A stretch of DNA of 64,000 nucleotides from the human T2T-CHM13v2.0 reference genome, Homo sapiens. The translations under genes and the position numbers were made by a program. The notes under the pieces were generated by a model. That model was not told where the DNA came from, did no database searches, and was given only the letters and a program-made list of their open reading frames with translations. Positions 45,524-60,280 of the stretch are shown here, one piece after another. The first letter of the stretch is position 1. The number at the start of each line of letters is the position of its first letter. The DNA lies in the NCBI RefSeq assembly GCF_009914755.1, contig NC_060925.1. One strand, 5' to 3'.

Positions 45524-46689
45524 GTAATAAGCTGAGTTTTGTGATATGGAGTGTTTATGGATTTGTATTTGGATACAAACAAATATATATAATCTATGGT
45601 ATCCTGTTTTGATCTGTTTATTCTTGGGTCATAGTTGTAGTATAGTTTCCAGGTTGGTAATAAGGACTAGAACTCTTTCTTGTTTTTTTTTTTAATGTTA
45701 ATTATAATGTAATTATTGGACACTTAAAATATTTTTGATACAACTTTTGGATGGTTAGTGCCACTCATTCTTTGTTCAGAGATCTTTTGAAATTCAGCGT
45801 TTTATTAATAATATATCTGTATATAACTTATTGTCTAAGCAGTTTCTTAAATGTTCAGTTACAAAGGGACTCTGCTAGATACTATGCAGATCACCTCATA
45901 AACATGCTTCTAAAGAGCTAGCATTATATCTCCAATTTTTTAAGGAACATGTCATGGTATCCCTCAACTATACTGTAGATTAAGAACACATTCCTTCCAA
46001 AAAGTCTCCATGGATTGAAAAATGGGAAAGAATTGATTTCAAAATTCTTTAAATTTATTTAGCCTCAGAAGTCTTTCAATTTGTTATTCTGTAGTTACTT
46101 AAAAGTAAAGAGAATACCAGATGGGAAAAATCTAGTGAATATTTGGGTTAAACTTTGTTAATTAGAACTCCTAAAAATTCTGGGTGGAGTTTGTGATTAT
46201 ACTGCCTGTGAAGAAAAATATTTTATCAGAGTGTAATTGTACCAACAATATTTCAGAAGGTTTAATTATTATAAAGTAAGATAAATTTAGTTCAAGTAAT
46301 CAAATATCTATTTGGATATATTCTAGTAATGGATATGGAAGGTATAGCAGATACTTTAAGCTTAGCCTTATGAATTATTATAAAACCTTGACCTTGATGG
46401 AGTAGAAATAGAGCTGTGCTCTGATTTTACCTCACCTCTAGAGTCTGTTTTATATGTAGACTACTTAAGGCACTTCCTTCGGACAGTGTTGGGAGAGACA
46501 GTGATAGATTTTTTTTCAGATGCCTGACTTGCTTTTTTTCAGATGTCATTACAATGTACTGAAATACTTTTTTCAAATACGTAATAATTCAGATAGATAA
46601 CCATGTGTGTTCAGGGGACCCCCAGATGATCCTGAGGTTCAGTGACTCACCAGAAGTACCCACGGAACTCAGCATATAGAAACATGTTT

Positions 46690-47390
46690 TAGTTTGCTGA
46701 ACTTTTATCCTGTTATTTTACTGAAGTTATTTATTCTTATAGCTTTTTTGTAGATTGCTTGTGATTTTTCTTATACGTAGTCATGTCTTCTGTGAAGAGA
46801 TACTTTTACTTTTTCCTTCTTGATTTTTATACCTTTTATATTTTTTTTCTTGTCGTACTGCAGTGGCTAGGAGTTCTAATACATTGTTCAAAGTAAGTGG
46901 CGAGAATGGACATACTAGGTTTGTTCCCAACTTTAGGGGTTAAGCATCCAGTCTTTTGCCATTAACTATGTTGTGTCAACTGTAGGTTTTTTAAAGATGC
47001 TGTTTATTAGGTTGAGGATGTCTCCTTGTAATTGTAGTTTACTGAGAGTTTTGTCATGAATGAGTGTTGAATTTTGTCAGATGCATTGTCTTCATTTTTC
47101 TCTAGATGACTGTATGATTTTTTTTCCTTTATTCTGTTAACATGGTAAATTACATTGTTTTTTGGATGTTAAATTAGTCTTATATTCCTGGGTTAAACTC
47201 CACTTTGTCGTGGTATGGTATCTGTCTTAGATGTTGCTAATTTTTCTTAAGGAATTTTGCATCTGTGTTCTTGAGATACATTGGTCTTGAGTTTTCTTGT
47301 AATATCTTTGCTTGATTTTGGTGTCTGATTAATGCTGGCTGCATAAAGCAAGTTGGGAAATGTTTAATGAATAGTATGCTGTTAAATGAA
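46690..47390 (-). mobile_element. Old L1M ORF2 fragment
   Basis: Antisense ORF2 RT-region homology. Confidence 0.65.
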
Positions 47391-47786
47391 TAGATTTTTG
47401 GTCTACTATTATATAATTCATCTGATATATAATTAAATACTCTGCTATTGTATAACTCAGAACTCCTTGGGTTGTAAGACACTCAGCTCAAACTAAGTGA
47501 TACAAATAGTATTTATTGGTTTAATGGCTCTAAACAAGGGCTTCAAGTTTGGCTGAATCCAAGCCTGTAGATATTATTGTGAGTGTTAAGCATCTGTCTC
47601 TCTTTCCTTTTGCTAGTTTCTCCATGCTGGCAGAGAGCCATTATCAGCTCCAGGATTATATATTACATAGACCATCAGATTGCAGAATAAAAAAGCCCTC
47701 TATCCCATGGTGTCAATAACAATATGTGTAAAAAGAACTTGATTGTTCCTACCTGAATCACATGTATCCACTCACTTTGTTTAGGG

Positions 47787-48245
47787 CAGGGGTTGACAGC
47801 TGCAACCTGTGGGCCAAATTCTGCTTGCTGTCTGTTTTTTAAAAATAAATTTTAGGCTGGGCATGGTGGCTCACACCTGTAATCCCAGCACTTTGGGAGG
47901 CCAAAGTGGGCGGATCATGAGGTCAGGAGATCAAGACCATTCTGGCTGACACGGTGAAACCCTGTCTGTACTAAAAATAACAAAAAATTAGCCAGGTGTG
48001 GTGGTGGGCACCTCTAGTCCCAGGAGGCTGAGGCAGGAGAATGGTGTGAACCCGGGAGGTGGAGCTTGCAGTGAGCTGAGCTGGTGTCACTGCATTCCAG
48101 CCTGGGTGACAGAGCGAGACTCCATCTCAAACAAAAAAAATAAATAAAATAAATTTTAATTTGAACACAACCATGTCCATTTACTTAGATATTATCTGGG
48201 ACTGCTTTTATGCTGTAACAGCAGAGTTAGTTTGTTGATCTCTGG
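47787..48245 (+). mobile_element. MER58A-like hAT element split by an Alu
   Basis: caggggttgacagc...gggccaaattctgc, then Alu, then gaacacaaccatgtccatttac...tttgttgatctctg. Confidence 0.65.
47855..48145 (+). mobile_element. AluSc/Y-like in intron 2
   Basis: Sense Alu with TSD AAAATAAATTTTA. Confidence 0.93.
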
Positions 48246-48629
48246 TCTAAGGATAGGGGATTTTCTAGCTAGGGTGAGTTAATTGGTGGTAGAAGCAGAG
48301 CCTCTTGATTGACAGCTCTGTTATATGTGAGGAAAGGAGAGCTGTCCCCAAAAAGACTAACATTTCTCAAAAGGAAAGAATGCCAAACAAATATGTACCT
48401 CCTGAAGAAAGAAGACTTTTCTATTATGCCCATTTTTTTCCTGTCATATAGATGAGATTAAACATAGTTATGTATGTTTTCATACTGATACAAATGCTAA
48501 TTGAATAATGTACTAATATAGATCTGGAAGAATGGGCAAGGATATAGTAATAGAACCCAAAATTGTATGAAATAAAAAAACAGTTTGTGAAAAATTTAAA
48601 TTGATGGATTATAATTTTTCTCTTTTCAG

Positions 48630-48726
48630 ATGATGAAACATGCTTGGGATAACTATAGGACATATGGGTGGGGACATAATGAACTCAGACCTATTGCAAG
48701 GAAAGGACACTCCCCTAACATATTTG
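48630..48726 (+). CDS. MAN1A2: MAN1A2 exon 3 (97 nt): start of the GH47 catalytic domain
   Basis: Acceptor ttttctcttttcag| and donor TTG|GTAAGT. Encodes MMKHAWDNYRTYGWGHNELRP, a GH47 motif. Confidence 0.97.
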
Positions 48727-51219
48727 GTAAGTTTACTTTTTCTAATTACTATTTCCATTTTCTACCTCCATCTTTTAAAACAAGATGTAACTTTTCAAAG
48801 TACTTTCTAAAATCTGAGTATTTCTGTGGAACTATAATTTGAAGAAACAGGTATGATTTTTTGCAAGTGTCAGTCACGATTAAGTTCCAGTTGCTTTGGA
48901 GTACACATATATGTGGTAGATTTTCTATTTACATATGGATGCTTTAGTCATTTATCTGAGTATTTAAAAGCTTTTTTTTGGCATTTTTTTCTTTAGTGTC
49001 AGGAAAAGTAGGCACCTACTTGTCATTTTTTTCTTCAACACAATACCTATTCTGATATTCACATTACAGAGGAAGAGGGGAGGGATAGGAAATTCTTGTA
49101 GTTCTGTGTACATTTTTTAAAAAAGTGACATACCTGGGATGATTGGGTTACTGAATTCAGTGGGTTATGTTGTACATTCACAGTTCCTAAGGAAAAATTA
49201 ACAATGTGTTCTGTGAATGGAGGTTTGGGGAAGAGCTGTGTTCATCTTGAGTTTGTTCATCCTACTTTCCCTGAGCTCAGTTCACTTGTAAAACTTCCCA
49301 GTTTAACTTAACCAATTTAACAACTTTTACTAAACCCAAAGGTAAGTCTTCAGAATTGTTAAGCTACTCTTTGTAGTCTTCACTCCTTTCCCCCATTTTA
49401 AATGCTTCTTGATGTGACTTGATCATTATCTTTTAAGTAATGATAGATGAAGGCAAGAAAATTTTAATGGGCTAAAAAGTCACAAACTAGTTATATGCAA
49501 TCTGATTTTATTACCTGTAGTAAACCATCACAGTAATTCAAATAACAGCAATTTTCTTTTTGACACTAGGGAAGGATTTTTCTAATGCTGTGAGTTTTCT
49601 TATAATTTGTTCATTGTTGCTTGCTTTTGATCAAAAAAGAAAATGTCTTAAAAAATAATTTCTGTTGGGTTTGGGAGATGTTGTGGTAGAGGAGTAAAGG
49701 AAAAAAGTTTCCTCTAGGTAATCAGTGACTACTAGAGACTTCATAATATGATATTTAATTTATCAGCCATTATGTAATGAAATAAAGTATATTTTCTTAA
49801 CAGAGTTTTGGACTGGAAAGTTCTTACTGCTTTGTGGATGTCACAATATGAGGCGTTAGTGCAATAAAGACATTAAATTTAATAGTCAATTAAATTTAGA
49901 ACCTCCCTTCAAGTAACTATTTTTATGTTAAACTCAACGGTAAATTGTGAGCCTTTTAAAAAGATTGGAGTATAAAAATGTATTGAAAATAAAAATTGGA
50001 TGTCAATTTTTTACTTTTTTCAAACGATATTTCTCAGAACATCTAATGTATTAATATTTATCAAATAGATACTGGTCCTATCTGTTTATCAGATAAATAT
50101 TGATGCTTTAGTAAACTTTAAAGGTAGAAGAAAATTAATTTTGACACTTAGGAAACATCTATTCTGCGAAGAAAATTATAGTGAAATGGTAGAAAAAAGA
50201 AAATCTACAGAATTTTCAGTAGTCAAAATTAGGTGCTGCTTATTTTTTATTGAATTTTTGAGTGGTTACAGTTTCTTTTCCAGCCAGATAAGCTAAGTAG
50301 GAATAGATCCATTATTATGTTTTGTCTTATGTTTGTAGCTATGCAGTCAGTTTGTTAAAGGATTATTTTTTATAGTTTAATACTTTGTTTCCTACTTACT
50401 CTGTTTCTTTTGTGTATCTCAAATTCTTGCCAGTAAGTACAATTTGAGTTTTTTTAATCTATTTTTTGATCTTTTTCTTTTTTAAAAAAACAGTAAAAGT
50501 CTAAGAGAAGCGTGGTAAGTAGTTCTCAGTGTCTCATTTGACATCTCAAATTTAGTATGCCTTTACAGAATAGGAATATGTAGGTGGATACTGAACCTTT
50601 GCTTGCAATATTCTAGATTTTAGGGAAAACATTAACTTAAAACACTCTTTTTGTTAGCCTTGATTATTAAACAATTCTTTTATATGGTAACTGAGATAGG
50701 GGCTCCTCTGACTTCTGTCTAGTTAGTTCTTGGCATCAGAGTCCTCTTTACATGCAGATAACAGAAAATCCATTGCAAAATGGCTTAAACTAAAAAGAAA
50801 ACTTAATCAGCTGAATGAATTCCTGGTGTATATCTGATTTTACCTGAGCTTTTTTACTTTATCTTTTCTGTTTTCCTGTGTTTTGATATAATCAAGCTGG
50901 TTTCTTAGCAGGATGGCTGCAGCAACTTGAAGCTTCATATCTTCATACTACCACAGCTGTGGGAAAGAGAACATTGTAGAGAAGAGAGCACTCGGATGTC
51001 TTAGAAATATAATTGAAATACTCACTGTTTCTTATTGTCTCTGATTAGGTCTTGTGCCCATTGTTGAACCAAATGCTGTGCTTAGGAGGATGGGACATGT
51101 TCTTTTTGTTTTGCTTAGTTAGGGCCTGGCTCTGGAGCCAGGAGAGGGGAGGAGGAAATGTTGCTGGATGTAAGTTAGCACTGATACTAATTATTCTAAC
51201 AATGATTAATAGTTAGAAT

Positions 51220-51403
51220 GGCTGGGTGCAGTGGCACATAGTCCCAGCTCCGCAGGAGGTTGAGATGGGAGGATCGCCTGGGGCCAGGAGTCCAAGGCTA
51301 TGGGGCGCCATGATCATGATGCCTGTGAATAGCCACTGTGCCCTAACCTGGGCAACATAGCAACATAGCAAAACCCTTTCTCTTAAAAAAAAAAAAAAAA
51401 AAA
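51220..51403 (+). mobile_element. FLAM/AluJ monomer in intron 3
   Basis: ggctgggtgcagtggcac...cctgggcaacatagc plus poly-A. Confidence 0.85.
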
Positions 51404-51619
51404 GCAGAATGAGTTCTTTCTATTTAGATATTCTGGAAAGTAGAAAGTTTTGTTAGGGATAGGTCTTTTTGCATGTAGAAGAAATTATTTTAATTTGTAA
51501 AAAGTATTCTTTGATTTTGCAATGCTCTTTGAAGGGTGCATTTTATTTTCCAGGTGTGTGTGTGTGTGTGTATTTATATGTAAATATGTTCCTTTTGTTA
51601 TTTCTGACTTAACTGTGAT

Positions 51620-52860
51620 TTGATTTGTACATGTTTTGTTGAAGATTGTTGCTTCTATATTAATAAGAGATACTGCTCTGTACTTTTCTTGTATTATCTT
51701 TGTCTTGTTTTGATATCAGAGTAATGCTGGACTCAGAAAATGATTTGGGAAGTGTTTTCTGCTTTTCAGTTTTCTGGATGAGATTGTTTAGGATTGGTTT
51801 TATTTTTTTCTTTAATGTTTGGTATATGTTGCTGAAGAAACCACTTGCATCTGGAATTTTTTTTTTTCTTGAAGGTTTTTAAACTACAAACTTAATTTCT
51901 CTAATAGTAAGGACCATTCAGTTTATCTGTTTCATTTTGGTTGAGTTTTGGTAATTTGTGGTTTTTGAGTAATTGGTCTGGTTTTATCTAAGTTATTGAT
52001 TTTATATGCATAGAATTGTTTGGAGTATTGCCTTGTCATTTGAATGTCTGTGGCAGCTGTAGTAATAATCCCCTTTCATTTCTAATATTAGTGATTTATG
52101 TTTTGTCTCCTCTCTTGTCCTGCTAGAAGTTTATTAATTTTATTGATCTTTTCAAAGAAACAACTTTTGGGTTCATTGATCTTTGTAATATTTTCTTTGT
52201 GTTTTCATTTCTTTGATTTCTACTCTTTATTGTTTTCTTCTTTTGCATGATTTGGGTTGATTTTGCTCTTGTTTTTCCAGTGTCTTGAAGTAGAAGCCTA
52301 GATTATTGACCAGAGATCCTCTTTTCTAATGTGTTTATTACTGTAAACTTTCTAACTACTGCTTTTGCTGCATCCCTGAGGTTTTGATATATTTTCATTT
52401 TCATTCAATTCAGTGTTTTAAAATTTTCCTTGCGTAAGTTTAAGTATTTAGAGTTTAAAAAAATCCTTCTGTTACAGATTTCTCGTTTTAATTTTGTTAG
52501 GATCAGAGAATGTACTTCACATAATTTTCATTCTTTTAAATTATTTTTGGTTTGCTTTTAGACACAGGTTTGTCTTGGTGAATTTTCCATTTGTTCTTAG
52601 AAAGAATGGTATGTGTATATTCTGCTGTTATTGTGTGGAATGTTCTATTGATGTCAGTTAGATCCCATTGGTTAATGGGGTTGTTCAGGCTGTCTCTATC
52701 TTAGTTGGGTTTCTGTCTCATTCTGTCAGTTACTGAGAGAGGGATGTTGAAGTCCTCAACTCTTATTTTGGACTTCTTTCAGTTCTGCCAACTTTTGCTT
52801 AATGTAATTTGAGGTACTCTTGTCAGGTGTTTGTCCATTAAGGATGATGTATTCTTAGGA
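51620..52860 (-). mobile_element. Old L1M ORF2 (EN-to-RT region) fragment
   Basis: Antisense homology including ttttgatatcagagtaatgctgg. Confidence 0.7.
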
Positions 52861-52869
52861 GCACCACTA

Positions 52870-55050
52870 AAGTCCTAGTATCAAAACCAGACAAAGATAT
52901 TTATAAAAAAAGGAAACTATAGAGCAATATCCCTTATGAACATAGACATAAGAATATTTAATTAAATTTTAGTAAATCTTATTGAGTAATACAGTTGTCC
53001 TTTGGTATCCATGGAGGATTGGTTTCAGGACTCCAGAGAATACCAAAATCCATGGATGCCCAAGTCTCTTTTATAAAATAGTATATAATATTTGCATATA
53101 ACCTAAGCATATTCTCATATATTTAAAATTATCTCTAGATTACTTAGAATACCTAATACAATAGAAATAGTTGTTATACTGTGTCTTAAAATTTTTGTTT
53201 TTTAAATTGCTGTGTTATTTTTAAAATTATTTTCCCCAAATATTTTCCGTCTACCGTTGGTTGAACCTGTGGATATGTAACTGGTGAATACTGAAGGCTG
53301 AGTGTATATTACATTATGACTAAGTGGAATTTATCATAGAGATACGTGGTAGGTTTTACATTTGGAAATTAGCTAGTGTAGTTTAAGATATCAGTATAAT
53401 AAAAGAGAAAAATCATAGGATTATCCCAGTAGTTGGAGAAAAAGCATTTAATAACATTTAACATCCATCGATGATAAAAACTGTCAGCACACTAAACTAA
53501 AAAGGGGATTTCTTTAACCTGATAAAGAGAATTTCAAAACAACAACAATAAGCAAAAAATGCAAAATACCCCCCACATACTTAATATTGAAAGACTATAT
53601 GCTTTCCCCTAAGATTGCAAGCTAGGCAAAGGTGTCTACCCTCTCACTTTTATGTAACATTGTACTGGAGATCCTAGCCAGTGCACTAAGGCAGAAAAAA
53701 GAAAAAGAAAAAAAAAAAGAATAAAGATTGGAAATGAAGAAGTAAAACTATCTTTACATTTTTAGTCAACATAATTGCCCACAGAGAGAATCCTAGGGAA
53801 TGTACCCAAAAAAGGTGCTAGAATAAACAAATTTAGTAATGTTATAGGATACAAGTTTAATATGCAAAACCAATTATGTGTCTTGGTATACTTGCAACAA
53901 ACAGTTATAAACACAGTTTAAAAAATAAAGTCATTTGCAGTAGTATCAAAAAATAAGAACTATATGTGTATAAATTTGACAAAATATGTACAGAACCTGT
54001 ACATGGAAAACTTTATGTTGTTTTTGAGAGAAATTTAAAAGGACTTAATGGAGAGAAATGCCATGTTGATGAATTTGAATATTCAATATTGTTGGGATGT
54101 TAATTCTTTCTAAATTTATGTTTAAATTTAGAGGAGTCCAATGAAAATGACTAGGCTTTTCTGTAGAAATTGGCAAGTTGATTCTAAAATCTATGAAAAT
54201 ACAAAGCACTTAGAATAGTCAAGTAATTTTTTTAAAAAAAACCAAGTTGAAGGATTTGCACTACCTGATTTTATAAATTACAGTAAAGCTACAATTCAGG
54301 ACAGTATGGTTTTAGCATAAGGATGGGCATAGAGATCTGTGGAAAAGAATGGAAATAGAAGTGTACATACATGGTTAATTGATTTTCAACAAAGATGCTG
54401 AGGTTCAGTGATTAAAAGGATAGCCTTTCCAACAAGTGGTGCTGGGTCAACTGTATATTTGTATGGGAAAAGAATGAGCTTTGCCTCTTCCTTCAACATT
54501 GTATAGAAAAATGGATCACAGAGCTAAATATAAAAGCTAAAAGTAAAAAAATTTCAGTAGAAAACACTTGAGAACATCTTTGTGACTTTGAGGTTAGCAA
54601 GGATTTTTTAGAACACAAAAAGCATTAAGTATAAAATAAAAATGTTGGTAAATTGGACTTAATGAAAATTGAAGATTTCTGCTCCCCAAAGACATCAGGA
54701 AATTGGAAAGACAAACCAAAGACTTGGAGAAGATATTTGAAATATTTACATAAGGATGTATCCAGAATATATAAATACTTCCCCACCCAAGGAGGTATAT
54801 GAATAGCCAGTAAGCACATCAATAAGCAGGGAAAGTAAAATTCACACCACAATGGAATATTTCTACACACCCATTAACATGTCTAAAATTTGAGGATCAA
54901 CAATACCAAATATTGACAAGGATGCTAGAGCAACTCTGTTATACATTGTATTGGGAATGTAAAATGGTACACTGTGGAAAGCAGTTTGTCGGTTTCTTAT
55001 AAACTTACTGTATAGCCTAGCAATTCCACTCCTAAATATTTCCTTGGTGC
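52870..55050 (+). mobile_element. Old L1M ORF2 (RT to C-terminus) fragment interrupted by MER2
   Basis: caaaaccagacaaagat ... ttcaacaaagatgctga ... cctagcaattccactccta. Confidence 0.75.
52992..53304 (+). mobile_element. MER2-family MITE
   Basis: TA|CAGTTGTCCTTTGGTATCCATGGAGGATTGGTTTCAGGA ... GAAGGCTGAGTG|TA. Confidence 0.88.
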
Positions 55051-57713
55051 TCACAAATGAGATCAGGTGTAGTTGTATGTTTCTTAGTAAATTCGATTTT
55101 TTTCCGCCAATGATATAAAGAATTTACAAATTGAATTTTAAGATCTTTTTCCCTATGTTATATAAAAGTTTGTATAGAATAGGAGTTATCATCCTTAAAA
55201 TTAAAGTAGTAGTCATTCTATGAAACTTCCAGAATATGGTATTTTGATAGCGGGTAGCTCTTTGAAAACTTTTTTATTTCCTGTGTTTTTCGGTCTGTTT
55301 AGATTTTCTGTTTCTTCTTTCATAAGTCAAAAATAGTATTTCTCGAGAAAGATCAAATTTATTGTGAATATATGAATAAAATGGGCCTTTTATAATTTTA
55401 AAAAATTTTCTCTGTGCTTGTCTGTTGTTACATTTTTATTTATTTTGTGTTTTTGTCTTGTCTACCTTTTAAAAACGAGGTTAATGGTAGATTCATTGTA
55501 TGGTTCTTCATGGAACCATTTCTTGAATTTATTATTTCAATAATTTTCTTCATTTCTAATTCATCCATTTCTGCCTTTAGTTTTTCTCATTCTTCTATTA
55601 TTTTGCTCAAATTTGTTTTTTCTTTCTTAGAATATTCAGTTATTTTCATTTGTTCTTATTAACTAGTATAAATATTTTAAGTGTTTTTGTGAGAACTGCT
55701 TTAGTTGATTCACTTGCTCTCATACTAAATTTTTATGATGTTTTATATATTTTGCAATGTCATGTTTTGCTGCTTCTTTGACCCAAGAATAGTGTTAGGC
55801 TTTTTCATTTTTTCCTGTTCAAATCTTGACTTCCTCTAGGTAAACAATCATGATGATAGCCAGTAATTTCAATTTTACACTTTTCTTCCTTGAAGCCTTT
55901 AGCTCATGGCACCTAGTGCAACTAACCAAGACTGGTACAGAATAGGTGGGTCAGGCCTTTTTCCACTCCAGAATAGTCAATACCTTAGAGAAATATGTAC
56001 TTAGAGGACTAAATAAATAACTAGGTAACTGGAGGAGCAGAACTATCTACAAAAATTAAAATAAGGACACAAACAGTAGTCTCAAGGATTTAAAATAAGT
56101 TTGGTAAATGTTTTGGATGAAATGCTAAAATTAAAAGAGAATACATATTCAAGAATTTATGCAAGAGATAGAGATATATGAGTGATTAAATGGCTTGATA
56201 CCATTTTTATCGTAATAAAAAGCTGAGGAACGTAACAACACATAACTTTCTAGATAATATCAACATGAAGGGAACTGAGTAGGTAGAAGACCAAGGAATT
56301 TATCAGAGTGTGTTGGAGTATTTGTCTTGTTAGCTAAGAGAAGATAGATGTATTGATAAGTTGAAGAAATTATTAGGAACACATGAACAAGAAAATGGCA
56401 TGTAAATTAAGAACAACCATCATAAGAACAAATTTGTGTAGCTTTAAATCATTGGAAGAAAACAATTTCTACTCAGTAGAAAGAGGAATGGAAAAAGAAA
56501 GAAAAGAGGAGAATAGTAAATGGAAAATGTGAACTAAGTAATGTTGAATGCTGGCTCTGAAAATGTCACCAAGAAAACCCGTTGATAAGACAAAGCTGTT
56601 AATTATTACTTTGGTAAGGAGATCACTACCTCGCTGGAGTCGTAACCTTTCAGAGTTTTGGGGTATAAATCATCATTTGATACTTTCTGTTGTAGAGTTG
56701 ATGGGTCTTTAAAGAAGTTCCTGGAATGAACAATAAATTTTTTTTGCAACTTTTATCTTTCTGAGCAAGAGCTCCTGGAACAGTAAATTCATGTTGTTGA
56801 AGACAATGTAATATAGTAAAGCCATGTTAATGCAGGCAGTAAGCTGTGTGGATCATTTGCATTTTCATAGGACACAAATAATAATTGCATTAATGGGATT
56901 GGGGTGAACCCATCTGCTCCCTGATATTTATTTTTTTGCTGTACTACTAGATTTTTTACTCTACTAGTAGCAAAACAAACCTAGTTTATTTAGGATTTGT
57001 AGAGTTATATTCATTAGTAAGATTGGCCTGTTTTCTTCTCTTAAGTTTTCATTATCTAGTTTTGGTATCAGTTAGGCTGGTTTTGAATTAATTCTTCCCC
57101 CTCTTCCTCCCTTTCTCTCTTGCTTTCTTCCCCTCAGAACATTTTTTTAATGATAAGGATTATCTCTTTCTTAAAAGTGGATACATTTTATTATTTTGAT
57201 TTTCTCTACTCATATTTTGTTTGATGGTTTCCTTTTTTCAATTTGATCTACCTGCTTGTTGATTGTTAAGGATTGTTTTTTTTCCACTGTGGTTATCCAG
57301 CCCTGTTGTACATTTATTATTATTTTTAAATATATTTTTTGTCCTTTATATGAATTTGGACCAGACCAGAAGGACATGGTTGTCTTATTACTTAGCTTTG
57401 TCATTGTGAAGTACTCTCCTCTTTTCTTGAATTAATCCTCTTTTTTTTTCCTTTCTCAGTTAAGTAGATAGATATCTCATATTCTGACGAGGCAGAAAAT
57501 TAAGGAAAAGTATGCTTTTAGTTTTCTTTTATCTTCCTATTTTTAGTAAAGTACTATTTTTAGTAAAATATATTAAACTATGTATATTATCTAATATATA
57601 CATATAATTTCTAATGTAAAAGGGAACAATATTGGGTATTCTAAATTTTTAGTCCTTATACTCTTACTTTAGTTTACCTTTATACATAAATAATTAAAAT
57701 ACACTGAATGTGA

Positions 57714-57923
<210 letters not shown>

Positions 57924-57974
57924 TGATTGATAACTAATCTCTTAGATTAACCATGAAAAGACACAATGTCTAAC

Positions 57975-58102
57975 TGCTATGGTCTGAACATTTGTGCCTT
58001 CCTAAAATTCATATGTTGAAACCTAATCACTAATGTGACGGTACTAGAAGATGGGGACTTTGGGAGGTGATTAGGTCATGAGGGTTGACCTCTCATGAAT
58101 GG
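57975..58102 (+). mobile_element. MLT1A/MST-type LTR 5' fragment
   Basis: tgctatggtctgaacatttgtg...aaaattcatatgttgaaacctaatc. Confidence 0.75.
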
Positions 58103-59621
58103 AAAAAATATATATATATATTTTAAAGTTGAGTAATTAGCACAGATTCGATGAATTTTCATAGTTAGGCCTACACTCATTCTTCTGGCACTTTAGCATG
58201 GTCAAGTGGCACTGCTTAGGTTTGGCATAGTTGTTAAGTCACACGCCCAGCACAGTTGCATTCTTGGTGTGCGACTTGAGAAAGTTCCTTATCTTCCTAA
58301 ACCTGTCATAAAATTGATATTCCATTATAGTATTGTGAGGATTATTTGAGATAATGTGGTACATATTAAATGCTCAGTAAATGGTAGCAATTATTTTCAT
58401 TATCACCAGTCTTCACCTAAAAGATGTGTGGACTGTTTTGTCATATTCACATCTTTTGTGATATTTGTGCTTGCTTTTCCTTTTGACTGTATTATCCTTC
58501 ACTACTTCTCTATGTACTTCTCTCTGGCAGACTCTTCGTTATTTAAATTGTGATATAAGTCCATAATTATTTCTTCTCTGATGCCATTCTTGGAGCTAAC
58601 TAGACAAAAATGGTTTACTTTCCTTTATATTACTGTAGAATTTGGACGTATCTCAAAGAGAACAATTTTTATTATCAATTAAGTTTAGGTTTGATGGTGA
58701 GTGATAGAAAACCTAATATAAAAGAGCTTAAACAAGATAGATATTTATTTTTTTTCATGTAAATCAAGTACAGAGTTAAGCAGTTCAGGGCTGGTTTGGG
58801 TGGCTCCTTGATCATCAAGGATCTAGGATCATTTGTCTTGTTGTTCTGTTGGCTTCAGTGTATATCTTAGACCTCATGATGTGAAATGGTTCCTAAAGAT
58901 CCAGACATTTTATCCAGTTGACAGAAAGAATGTGACTGTTCTCTAAGAAGACTTCTCAGGAGGTAGTCTCCCCATTTTTGCTTTTAGAGTTTACTAACAC
59001 AGCCTCAACTAACTCCAAAGGAAAGCTGAGAAATGTAGTCTTTTTTTCTGTGTAGCTATGTAGCCTTTATACAACAGATTGTGCTTTTTGTATCTTGTTT
59101 AAGAAAGCCCTACTCCTAGATCATGAATATATTTTCTTATATTTTATTCTGAAGGTTTTAAAGTTTTGCTTTTGTATTTAGTCTTTAATCCAAATGGAAT
59201 TGAATTTTTTTAATGTAGGATGAAGTAGGCCACTATTAGTTGATCCTAGTACCATTTCTTTTCCTGCTACTTTTATATGCCACATTAGTCATATATTAGT
59301 CATATTACAGTTTATTCTTTAACATTGGCTTTTTTCTTTATCCATATGTCAATACTAAACTATCTTAACTACAATTTTTTTTATAAGAAGCTTGATGTCT
59401 GTATCTGAATCTGTTCTCTGTTGGTATCTGATCTTGTTCTCTGCGGAAATTGTCTTAGTTCTCAGCTTTTTGTTCTTTCAAGTTCTGGAAAACTGTGTGG
59501 AAATTTTGAGGAGGATTGCATTTAATTTGCAGATTAATTTGGGGAGAATTAGCATCTGTGCAATACTCCCATTCATTGACAGGACAGCTTTATAATGGCT
59601 AATAATTCCCTTGTATATCAT

Positions 59622-60280
59622 TATTATCAGTCAGGGTTCAATCAGGAACCAGACTATGCCATTTATTTTAACTAGAGGATTTAATGTTTAGAATTGTTAT
59701 CCAACTAATGGGGAACCAAAAAGGCAAAAAGAGAGCATTGTGATATCACCAGAAGTATTAACTCTAGGAAACAGGAAACAGCTGCCACCTGTGGGGACTA
59801 TAAGAACAATGGGAAGAGGTTGGGATCATTAAAATGCAGTAGCTTGGGCTCTATGGAACTGGTACCTGTGCTGCCCAGGTGTTACTGGTACCTCAGGAAG
59901 ACTGTGTCAGAGCTGAGACTCAGAACTCTGAGGAGGAGACACCTAGCCAAGTGCTTGGTATCTGTAAAGGAAACCATGAGGCTGATTTGGGGATTGTGTG
60001 TCTGTATGTGTGATAAGGGAACAGTACTCTGGAAGCAGTTGCCACTGCCAGGGTGAACCCTGGCTGGTGAGACACTATCAGAAACTAGAAGTAAGCAGGA
60101 GGGAATAAGACTCTTCTTCCTCCAGTCTTGTATTGTCTTTTTAGAACCTCCTAATGTTAGTGCCTAAAAGGGAGCCAGTTGGTAAATTAAATGCATTTGT
60201 GTAGTTCCAACTCCCATATACCAAAGTAGAGTATAGAAGAATGGATTTGAACCTGAGAGAAGTAGTGTAATCATCAGCAC
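59622..60280. mobile_element. Ancient LTR (LTR78-like)
   Basis: cagtcagggttcaatcagg ... gtatagaagaatggatttgaacctgagag...cagcaca. Family recalled from memory. Confidence 0.45.

Noticed and set aside
59780-59797. CTCF-like motif (minus strand CCCCACAGGTGGCAGC)
   Set aside because: Partial match only, and cannot be supported without a PWM score or ChIP data.
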